Part shown: piece by piece, positions 35,221 through 43,082 of the stretch
Layout: the number at the start of each line of letters is the position of its first letter
How positions within the stretch are numbered: position 1 is the first letter of the stretch
NCBI GenBank assembly: GCA_015522845.1
Contig: WALL01000009.1
Span: 1-55,213 of the forward strand
Length of the DNA: 55,213 nucleotides
Reading direction: 5' to 3'
From: Nanobdellati archaeon
GTDB taxonomy: Archaea; B1Sed10-29; WALL01
The notes under the pieces: model-generated
The model's input: the letters and a program-made list of their open reading frames with translations, nothing else
Told to the model about the DNA's origin: nothing
The model's database searches: none
Position numbers and translations under genes: made by a program

Positions 35221-36755
35221 TTTATCCTCCTAATTATCCCGCGCTCAACGAGCTTTTCTATTGCTGACTTCACCAGCACCTCCGAGAATCCAGTTTCTGT
35301 TGCATAGCCTGCTGAATCAAATGCGCCCCCCCTTCTACGGAGGGCGTTCCATACTAAGGATTCAAGGGGCCCGTTAGGGATAAACTTCTCATTTACTATG
35401 GCATAGCTGCCGTTTATCTTGTCTTTGATTATGGCTTTTTTCCCCTTTTGCAGCCCCATCATCTTATAGACAACATCAGTCTTGTACTGGAAAACCGCAA
35501 AGACCGCTATTGCCACAATGGCCAGGGCAGCAATTAGGATATATGCCGAAAAGCATATTGGCCCAAGGCAGACCATGCCAGTGCGTAAGCCAGCAGACCA
35601 TGGGCAGCTGTACATGTCCCCTCTGCAGTTTGGCGGCTCAGGCTCTGTATAGACCACCTTGTAATCCCTCATCTTTCCTGCCGGGTCATAAGTAAACTTG
35701 CTAAGCCCAAGGTATGCCACTGCCCACGCATAGTAGTTCCCCCCCTTGTAGCCAACCACAATTCCGCAAGGTATTCCCTGGCTACGGCTCATCTCGCGGA
35801 AGAGCAAGGCCTTCTCAATGCTGTCTAGCCCAAGCCCACTTTTTTTAACAGCATCGTTGAGGTTGACATTTAGCGTAGCAAGGGTTGACTCAGATGTGGG
35901 CGTGCTTGCTATCGAGTCAAGCACCTGCTTGAATGCATCAAGGGCGTCGGTTCCTGTTGCCGTCTTATCAAGGCTTGGCTTTATTGAGCTTGATGCGCCA
36001 GCCCCTTCTATCTTGAACAGCGGCTCGCTGTCTGTGTTGAGCAAGTACTGCTTGCTGTATGACGGGCTGTAGGGGTCCCCTTCAAGCAAGGTTTCATTGT
36101 TTACATACCCTGATGCATACTTTATGCTAATGTCTTTCTTTTCACCAGCCGCCAGCTGCAAGTTCCATGAAAGCACCTGTGCAAGGCTATCCTTTAGGTT
36201 TATCTCCTTTGGCTGGTCAAAGGTTGGCCGTACCCTATCAAATGTTGCAACCACACCGTCCGCCCTTTCCTTTGCAAGCGGCGGGGAAAACCACAGGTAG
36301 CTTGAGCTGGGATTTCTCTTGTATGGGGCAAAAATATAATACGGACCCCCATTGGTAGGGTTTATGCTGACTTCTACAGTTAGTGCCTTCTCCCCGTTGT
36401 TGTCCAGGTGGATTACTTGGCTTACATAGCTGTCTGTGGCCTCTATGTCAACAGACGCAAAAACGTCCCCCCCAAAGTTCTCAGGATAGCTTAGCCCATA
36501 GCTGCTAACTTCCTCCCCTGCACGGAATGGCGTTTCCTTTGGGGTGCTTGCCTTAATAGTTACCCCCTTGGACTTCACTATGGGGAACATGGGGACGGAT
36601 AGCGTCCCGCCAATGTCCATTAGGTTTTGCCTTGAATTTAGCTTTACAGTAAGCGAGGGGGACGACAGGACTGCAGTCCCGTCCTCTGTTTTCACTACCA
36701 TACTCATCGCTGAGCAAAGCGCGACAATTAGCAGCAGGCTAAAGAGTCTTTTCAT
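35217..36755 (-). CDS. signal-peptide membrane protein with a degenerate transglutaminase-like domain and cytoplasmic wHTH
   Basis: Signal peptide; GIPCGIVVGY..YAWA transglutaminase-like pattern; TM helix; C-terminal ATETGFSEVLVKSAIEKLVERGIIRR. Confidence 0.65.
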   Translation of the reverse strand: MKRLFSLLLIVALCSAMSMVVKTEDGTAVLSSPSLTVKLNSRQNLMDIGGTLSVPMFPIVKSKGVTIKASTPKETPFRAGEEVSSYGLSYPENFGGDVFASVDIEATDSYVSQVIHLDNNGEKALTVEVSINPTNGGPYYIFAPYKRNPSSSYLWFSPPLAKERADGVVATFDRVRPTFDQPKEINLKDSLAQVLSWNLQLAAGEKKDISIKYASGYVNNETLLEGDPYSPSYSKQYLLNTDSEPLFKIEGAGASSSIKPSLDKTATGTDALDAFKQVLDSIASTPTSESTLATLNVNLNDAVKKSGLGLDSIEKALLFREMSRSQGIPCGIVVGYKGGNYYAWAVAYLGLSKFTYDPAGKMRDYKVVYTEPEPPNCRGDMYSCPWSAGLRTGMVCLGPICFSAYILIAALAIVAIAVFAVFQYKTDVVYKMMGLQKGKKAIIKDKINGSYAIVNEKFIPNGPLESLVWNALRRRGGAFDSAGYATETGFSEVLVKSAIEKLVERGIIRRIK

Positions 36756-37230
36756 GCAGCACCTTATAGGATGGCCCGCTTGGCGTTAGTGTGCTGTTTA
36801 TGAGCACAACGCCCTTGACTGCCACATCCACCCTTATTTTTTTGCTGAGCATTCCCGCCAGCACATCATCCGGCTTGCCCTTTATCCGGGCCAGCGTGAT
36901 GTGCGGGATAAGCTCTCCGCCCCCTATAACCCGATGTATGTTTAAAAGGCTTTCCACAGGCTCACAGCCAGCCCACAACACGCGCACGCGCTTTTCATCC
37001 GGGAATGCGCCAATCCTGTCAAGCACAATGCTGAACGGCTTTTCCCTTATCTGCCCAATTTTCCTTATCCACCTCTCCGGCTTATCGTCGCCGACAAACC
37101 GCAAAGTCATATGCAAATTTTCCTTTTCAACAAGCTTTACCCTTGCACTTGACTTTTCCATCTCTTGCTGTATGGCGGCAAGTTTGTCTTTGGCGGTATT
37201 GCCCAGCGGGATAGCCACAAAAAGCCTCAC
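36739..37230 (-). CDS. thpR: RNA 2',3'-cyclic phosphodiesterase (2H family)
   Basis: RLFVAI start; HMTL and HITL 2H motifs; STLTPSGP. Confidence 0.93.
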   Translation of the reverse strand: MRLFVAIPLGNTAKDKLAAIQQEMEKSSARVKLVEKENLHMTLRFVGDDKPERWIRKIGQIREKPFSIVLDRIGAFPDEKRVRVLWAGCEPVESLLNIHRVIGGGELIPHITLARIKGKPDDVLAGMLSKKIRVDVAVKGVVLINSTLTPSGPSYKVLHEKTL

Positions 37231-37272
37231 GCATGAAAGAAGCAACTTGTTTTTTTAATAGTTTCCGCTGCA

Positions 37273-37863
37273 TTACCTTATTGCCTTTTCGCCGTTTTGG
37301 TTCCGCACCTTAATGTGCTTTGGCCCCTCGAGGTCGCGGGCAATCCTTTCAAGCCCACTAAGCTCCCTGTCTGCATATATGATAAGCGTACCCGTTAGCT
37401 GCGAGGCGGCATCGCGTATATCCCCATCCTGAAGGCCATTTGCATCAAGCACTACCTCATGCGCAACGCCGGACGACTCCAGCATCCTGATGCTTTTCCT
37501 TACCTCTTCAAAGCTATGCTTCCCCGCCTTCTCAAACGAGTCCCTGTAAAGCGGCGCAGGGATATGGACAGAAACGTAGTCAACTACTTTCCTAGCAATC
37601 ATTTTCCCAAGCTGTTTTGGGTTGGAGCCATCGGTCTCAATGCGGACAAGCTTCCCCTTTAGCTTCATCCTCTTTGCTATTATTGGCAGGTCGCTTTGCC
37701 CTTCCACATCCCCCCTAAAGATGACTGCATTCGTGGTAAAGTTCTTGTGGAGCTCAGCCTCTAGCTCCCGCATGCTGTGCCGGCCATTCCCAGCCACAAT
37801 TACCATTGAGATTTTGCCAGGCCACGCTTTTGTGTCTTGGCTGGTGTAGCTGGCTATGTCCAT
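37273..37863 (-). CDS. degenerate NrdG-like paralog lacking the radical-SAM CxxxCxxC motif
   Basis: WPGKISMVI, VRIETDGSNP, VDYVSVHIPAP and EVRKSIRML..SGVAHE align by eye with the nearby NrdG; the protein contains no Cys. Confidence 0.7.
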   Translation of the reverse strand: MDIASYTSQDTKAWPGKISMVIVAGNGRHSMRELEAELHKNFTTNAVIFRGDVEGQSDLPIIAKRMKLKGKLVRIETDGSNPKQLGKMIARKVVDYVSVHIPAPLYRDSFEKAGKHSFEEVRKSIRMLESSGVAHEVVLDANGLQDGDIRDAASQLTGTLIIYADRELSGLERIARDLEGPKHIKVRNQNGEKAIR

Positions 37864-37864
37864 A

Positions 37865-38074
37865 TCACCACTTTATGTGCTTGTACCCATTTACCAAGGA
37901 AAACGTCGATGCGACGGTTCCGATAATCCCAAGGATGGAGAATGCCTGCCCTGCCTTTGTGCCGATGATGACCATCCCAATCACGAGGAGCGTAAAGTAA
38001 ACAGGCAGCGTGAGCACGCCAATCTCGAACTCGTATTTCGTGAAGAGGCACTGCCTCTTTTCCCTTGATGCCAT
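37865..38074 (-). CDS. small membrane protein
   Basis: 69 aa with two hydrophobic segments; abuts the next gene, which has GGTGA upstream. Confidence 0.55.
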   Translation of the reverse strand: MASREKRQCLFTKYEFEIGVLTLPVYFTLLVIGMVIIGTKAGQAFSILGIIGTVASTFSLVNGYKHIKW

Positions 38075-38244
38075 GAGGCAATAATGCGGAGGATGTATAA
38101 AAAGATAGCTAACGCTATTGAAAAGGGAAGTTAAATGCAAGAGAATGAGAGCACCACAAGCTTTTTATCTCCCCTGTGTGTTATCGACTTGCACATGTAA
38201 CACAGGGGGATGAGGCTCGCTTGCGGGCCTCGTTCTCACATCCA

Positions 38245-38346
38245 CTAACCGTTAAATGCTCTGGCTATTGCACCAGCTATTGCTGCGAGAACAATTAACT
38301 GGACTCCAGTTATGGCTATGGAGCCGAGTAATGCTGAGTCAACCAA
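38245..38346 (-). CDS. 33-aa hydrophobic peptide
   Basis: TTG start 6 nt after a GAGGTGA SD; MVDSALLGSIAITGVQLIVLAAIAGAIARAFNG; hairpins downstream. Confidence 0.6.
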   Translation of the reverse strand: MVDSALLGSIAITGVQLIVLAAIAGAIARAFNG

Positions 38347-38508
38347 GCTAATCACCTCTTTATCTTTATCACTAAACCAAAAATTGGTAAATATGAAAAA
38401 TCAGCTCCTTGCATTCCTTTTCATGCAGTTGTTTTCATAAAAATAAAAGGTGGCTCCGCCCTGCGAGGTGAGAAGGGCGGAACCGTGTGGCTGGGTGGGC
38501 TCTCTTGG

Positions 38509-39201
38509 TCAAATTCCACGAATGCAAGTCTTTTTCACTTTCTTCTTTGCGATTTCCTCGAATTGCCTGAGCACCTTTGGCTCGTAAGCCTTTGAAAGCG
38601 GGCCCTCTTTTTTTACGGCGTTGTACTGCTGGAGGCAGTACTTCTCGGCACCCTCGACAAGCGAGACAACATCTGCAAACTCATCCTGGGGTATGAATGC
38701 GGGGACGACGGTGGTCCTAAACTCATATTCCACGCCAGAGCCCATTATAAGGCGTATGCTTTCCCTTATCTTTGACATGTCTATGGGCACGCCAGTTGCT
38801 TCGCTGTAATGCTTCTCAGGCGCCTTGACATCCATTGCGATGTAGTCAATCACAGGGAAAAGCTCCTTCAGCGCATTAGGGTTCAGGCCATTGCTGTCAA
38901 GCTTAACTAGCAGGCCAGTCCTTTCCCTTATGCGCTCTATGAACCCCTTCAGCGCAGGCATCCAAAGCGTTGGCTCCCCACCGGTTATGACAACGCCATC
39001 TATGAACTTTTTCCTCTCGTCAAGGTAGTCAAGCACCTGCTGTTCCGGGATTTTCTCAAACTTCTCCGGCTCTGTTGCCAGCTCGAAGTTGTGGCAGAAC
39101 GGGCAGCGCATGTTACATCCGCCGGTGAAAATTATGGTTGATACATTGCCTGGATAGTCTATCAGTGTCTGCGGAAGGATCCCGCGGATATCAACTTCCA
39201 T
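38509..39201 (-). CDS. nrdG: anaerobic ribonucleotide reductase activating protein
   Basis: DYPG..GCNMRCPFCHN, ITGGEPT, YEFRTT. Confidence 0.95.
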   Translation of the reverse strand: MEVDIRGILPQTLIDYPGNVSTIIFTGGCNMRCPFCHNFELATEPEKFEKIPEQQVLDYLDERKKFIDGVVITGGEPTLWMPALKGFIERIRERTGLLVKLDSNGLNPNALKELFPVIDYIAMDVKAPEKHYSEATGVPIDMSKIRESIRLIMGSGVEYEFRTTVVPAFIPQDEFADVVSLVEGAEKYCLQQYNAVKKEGPLSKAYEPKVLRQFEEIAKKKVKKTCIRGI

Positions 39202-39205
39202 TGGC

Positions 39206-39364
39206 TCACGCAGTGCTCTTTTTTGGCGCAGTTGCAACCGCTGCTTGCTTCAGGTTAAAGAATTTCCTGTCCCTGAACTCTTCCTGCTTTCCTTCGTTCC
39301 AGTTGCTAATTGGCCTAAAATAGCCAACAACCCTGCTGTAAACTTCAACTTTTTCATCACACAT
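39206..39364 (-). CDS. stand-alone glycyl-radical domain of NrdD (52 aa)
   Basis: MCDEKVEVYSRVVGYFRPISNWNEGKQEEFRDR; own AGGAGG SD; missing from the ORF track (<60 aa). Confidence 0.9.
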   Translation of the reverse strand: MCDEKVEVYSRVVGYFRPISNWNEGKQEEFRDRKFFNLKQAAVATAPKKSTA

Positions 39365-39379
39365 TTTTCATTACCTCCT

Positions 39380-41335
39380 TTAGTCGTATGGGCATTTTTC
39401 GTGTGCCCCGGGTATGTACCCATGTACCGGGCATATTGTGAATGTTGGCGTCACAGAGAAGTAAGGCAGCTTGTAGTTCTCTGCAACCCTCCGCACGAGC
39501 TTCTTGGTCGACTCCGCATCCTCAAGCCTTTCGCCGAGGTATGCATGGAGCACTGTCCCGCCGGTGTACCTCCTCTGCAGCTCGTCCTGGTGCTCAAGCA
39601 CCTTAAACAAGTCGTCAGAGTAGTTGGCAGGGAGCTGTGTGGAGTTAGTGTAGTATGGTGCCTTTGTCCCCTGGGTAAATATGTTTGGGAATTCCTTCTT
39701 GTCTATCTTTGCCAGGCGGTAGCTTGCCCCCTCAGCCGGCGATGCTTCAAGGTTGTAGATGTGGCCTGTCTCCTCCTGGAAGTCAGATATCCTATCGCGC
39801 ATAAAGTCCATTACCTTTATTGCGAACTTCCTCCCGTCGTCAGTGTATATCCCCTCGCCAAGGAAGTTTACGCAGCTTTCATTCATGCCTACAAGCCCAA
39901 TGGTTGTGAAGTGGTGGTCCAGCGTGCCAAGGTAGCGCTTTGTATAAGGCAGCAGGCCACGGTCTATGTTCCCCTGGACCTCTTTCCTCTTTATCTCAAG
40001 CGAGGTCTTTGCAAGCAGCATGAGGTGGTCAAGGTTCTCGAAATAGCTGTCCTCATCGCGTGAGAGGTAGCCAAGGCGCGACATATTGATTGTGACGACA
40101 CCGACAGAGCCTGTTGACTCCCCTGAGCCAAACAGGCCGCCGGTCTTATTCCTTAGCTCGCGGAGGTCTAGCTGGAGGCGGCAGCACATTGAGCGCACAT
40201 CGCTTGGGTCTAGGTCACTGTTTATGAAATTCTGGAAGTAGGGAATCCCATACTTTGCAGTCATCTCAAACAGCAGGTTCGAGTTTTCGGAATCCCAGTC
40301 AAAGTCTTTTGTTATGTTGTAGGTTGGTATTGGGAACGTGAATATCCTCCCATTTGCGTCCCCCTCCATCATCACCTCAAGGAATGCCTTATTAACTAAG
40401 TCCATCTCTGGCTGGTAGTCTGCATAAGTCTCATCGGTTATCTCGCCGCCATAGACAATTGGGCTGTCCCTCAAGTCTTTTGGGACAACCCAGTCAAAGG
40501 TTAGGTTTGTGAATGGCGTTTGGTTCCCCCACCTGCTCGTTTGGTTAGCCGAGAATATGAACTCCTGTATGCCCTGCTTTATTTGGTCGTAGGAGAGGCG
40601 GTCCTTGCGGACAAAGGGGGCAAGGTAAGTGTCGAAGCTTGAGAACGCCTGTGCGCCAGCCCACTCATTCTGCAATGTTCCTAAGAAGTTCACCATCTGC
40701 CCAAGCGCAGCATCAAAGTGCCTTGCTGGCTTTGCGGATACCCTCCCGGGCACACCGTTAAACCCCTCATTAAGCAGCTGCGCAAGCGACCAGCCAGCGC
40801 AGTAGCCAGCAAGCGTGCCATAGCTAAGGTCGTGGATGTGGAAGTCGCCCTCACGGTGTGCCTGGGCAACGTCTTTTGGATATACATTATTAAGCGTGTA
40901 TTCTGCGACAACCGTGCCACTCAGGTTCGCCTGCAGCCCGCTTAGCGAGTAGCTTGCATTGCTGTTCTCCTTGACGCGCCAGTCCTGGAGGTTGACATAG
41001 CCATCAATCATCTCCGTTACTTTTTCAACGAAGCTCTTTTCGCTCCTCATCCGCGCACGCTGCTCACGGTAAAGTATGTATGCCTTCGCGGTTGAGGCAT
41101 GGCCATCCTCAATAAGCACCTTCTCGACAGCATCCTGTACTTCCTCAATGGAGGGCATCTGGTTATCAAATTTTTTCTCCAGTGCTGCAACTACTTCACC
41201 TGCCAGCTTGGCTGCTAGCTCGCGGTTATTGCCGCCAACCGCACGGGCAGCCTTAAATATGGCATTAGTGATCCTGCTCTTGTCGAAATCAACTACACGC
41301 CCATCGCGCTTGCGTATCTTACGGATTTTAGCCAT
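39380..41335 (-). CDS. nrdD: anaerobic (class III) ribonucleoside-triphosphate reductase, large part
   Basis: ATP cone, HIHDL..GYC, RSMCCRL, PAEGASYR, ends CPVH...CPYD*. Confidence 0.95.
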   Translation of the reverse strand: MAKIRKIRKRDGRVVDFDKSRITNAIFKAARAVGGNNRELAAKLAGEVVAALEKKFDNQMPSIEEVQDAVEKVLIEDGHASTAKAYILYREQRARMRSEKSFVEKVTEMIDGYVNLQDWRVKENSNASYSLSGLQANLSGTVVAEYTLNNVYPKDVAQAHREGDFHIHDLSYGTLAGYCAGWSLAQLLNEGFNGVPGRVSAKPARHFDAALGQMVNFLGTLQNEWAGAQAFSSFDTYLAPFVRKDRLSYDQIKQGIQEFIFSANQTSRWGNQTPFTNLTFDWVVPKDLRDSPIVYGGEITDETYADYQPEMDLVNKAFLEVMMEGDANGRIFTFPIPTYNITKDFDWDSENSNLLFEMTAKYGIPYFQNFINSDLDPSDVRSMCCRLQLDLRELRNKTGGLFGSGESTGSVGVVTINMSRLGYLSRDEDSYFENLDHLMLLAKTSLEIKRKEVQGNIDRGLLPYTKRYLGTLDHHFTTIGLVGMNESCVNFLGEGIYTDDGRKFAIKVMDFMRDRISDFQEETGHIYNLEASPAEGASYRLAKIDKKEFPNIFTQGTKAPYYTNSTQLPANYSDDLFKVLEHQDELQRRYTGGTVLHAYLGERLEDAESTKKLVRRVAENYKLPYFSVTPTFTICPVHGYIPGAHEKCPYD

Positions 41336-41832
41336 TTAAACGCCCCTAGTTCATTTTGCAACTATTATTATGCAATATTATTCGGAATTCGAAACACCAC
41401 TCGTGTGGAGTAGTTAGTGCATACTTATTTATAAAGATATTTATTAGGATACCGAACTAAAATATGCATGATACACATACTTTCCAAACCATATGCCTGC
41501 AGAGTGTAGGGAAACCACACTTTTACGCTATTTTATGGCGGAGAAGTATGCGGCCATTACAGCAATTACGAGCTCGCTTACAACCCTTTGCTTCCTCATA
41601 AGCTCGCTGTCCCCTGACCCAAGCTTTGCATTTGCAGCCGCATTTGCGAAGGGGGTGAGGATGAACACCCGCCCAGCCGCCGCCGGAAGCATGTTGTTGT
41701 TGCCCAGGAAGACGAGTATGATGTTCAGCACGAAATAGTATCCCGCCCGGATAGAAGCACTATCCCGTATTTGCTGGTCATGCCAAAAAGCTAACCGGGC
41801 ATTTAATAAAACCCTTTTGTTAAAACACTGGC

Positions 41833-42339
41833 ATGCAAGCAAGGCCAACTAAAGATGAGTACTATCTTGAGATAGCAAAGGCGGTCGGTCTCCGCTCGCC
41901 CTGCCTGCGCAAGAAGTTTGGCGCCATAATTGTCCTTAATGATGCAATTGTCTCAACCGGCTACAACGGACCGCCCCGCGGCGGGGTAAACTGCTATGAC
42001 GTTGGCTGCCTGCGCGAGAAGATGAACCGCCCCCACTACTCAGCCTATGATGACTCCTGCCCTGCAGTGCATGCTGAGGAGAACAGCATCATCAATGCGG
42101 CACGCAACGGCACTAAGGTGATGGGCGGCGTGCTTTACATACAGGGAGTATCCCCAGAAGACGGCTCGCTTGTTGAGTCTAGGCCCTGCCACCGATGCCG
42201 CCGTGCACTAATAAATGCGGGCATTGAAGAGGTGGTTACCCGCAACACTGGCGGAGAGATACTGCACTACAATGTTGCTGAGTGGATACGCGAGGACACC
42301 GAGGAATACATAAGAAAATATAACGAAGTGGCAAAATGA
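41833..42339 (+). CDS. dCMP deaminase family protein
   Basis: RSPC, TGYNG, HAEEN, PCHRC. Confidence 0.92.
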   Translation: MQARPTKDEYYLEIAKAVGLRSPCLRKKFGAIIVLNDAIVSTGYNGPPRGGVNCYDVGCLREKMNRPHYSAYDDSCPAVHAEENSIINAARNGTKVMGGVLYIQGVSPEDGSLVESRPCHRCRRALINAGIEEVVTRNTGGEILHYNVAEWIREDTEEYIRKYNEVAK

Positions 42340-42647
42340 AGGTTTTCTTATTTGTGTCCTCGAGGTGCACCCATTGCCCAAAGGCAGAGAAGATGGCAAA
42401 GAGGATGTTCCCTGAATACTATGATAAGGGGCTCTCATTTACGAAGGTGCGCATGAAGACAAGCGAGGGAAAGCACATGGCAAAGGAATACAGCATACGT
42501 GGCACCCCCACATTTATCTTCCTTGATGACAGTGGCAGCTACCTTGACAGGATTGTTGGCGTGCCAAGCGAGGGCACACTCCGCGGTGCGGTTGAGAAGC
42601 ACCTTGGGATTAGGAAATCAATTTTTAGCAAGCTTCTTGGAAAATGA
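42336..42647 (+). CDS. thioredoxin-like protein
   Basis: CTHC, cis-Pro motif GTPT, RIVG. Confidence 0.88.
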   Translation: MKVFLFVSSRCTHCPKAEKMAKRMFPEYYDKGLSFTKVRMKTSEGKHMAKEYSIRGTPTFIFLDDSGSYLDRIVGVPSEGTLRGAVEKHLGIRKSIFSKLLGK

Positions 42648-42675
42648 TTTAAACCCCAAAAGACAATATTATTGC

Positions 42676-42966
42676 ATGCCGGAGAAAGAGCCGCTTCTCC
42701 GCCGCCTTAGGAAATGGATGGCCAACGGCGTGAAGAGGCGCAAGCGCTATGAGATTGAGAACCACATGGGGCCTTCAAGGGATGCACTTAGGGACGAGGG
42801 CTTTGCCCCTGAGGAGGTGGGGGCACTTGAGCAGCACTACTTTGAGCACCCTGAAGAGCTCGAGGAGTTCCCTATCTTTTGGGCGCAGGTGGGCAGGGAG
42901 CGCGAGGCCTCAGTCCTAAAATTTAAGGAACTGCTGAAGAAGATAGGCGCTTCAGAAAAGAGGTAA
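42676..42966 (+). CDS. hypothetical protein
   Basis: ATG about 25 nt after TTTAAA; 96 aa, charged and helical. Confidence 0.55.
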   Translation: MPEKEPLLRRLRKWMANGVKRRKRYEIENHMGPSRDALRDEGFAPEEVGALEQHYFEHPEELEEFPIFWAQVGREREASVLKFKELLKKIGASEKR

Positions 42967-43082
42967 CTGCTGCTGTAGCCAAATAGTGAGGGTGCGGGGG
43001 AGAGGAGATCACACCCTCACAGGGCTGGCTCTTCGTGCATGGCACCAAGAAAAGCCCCGCTATATTCCCCCTGAATCCCTAT

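Noticed and set aside
39245..40063. 272-aa ORF on the + strand
   Set aside because: Antisense to nrdD, with no motifs.
41380..41410. TTCG-N5-CGAA palindrome and an NrdR-box-like stretch upstream of nrdD
   Set aside because: A single short palindrome that fits the NrdR consensus poorly; no regulator can be assigned.
41528..41848. 106-aa ORF on the - strand upstream of nrdD
   Set aside because: It overlaps the dCMP deaminase start and promoter and matches no family I recognise. It may be a gene remnant, but I cannot support a call.
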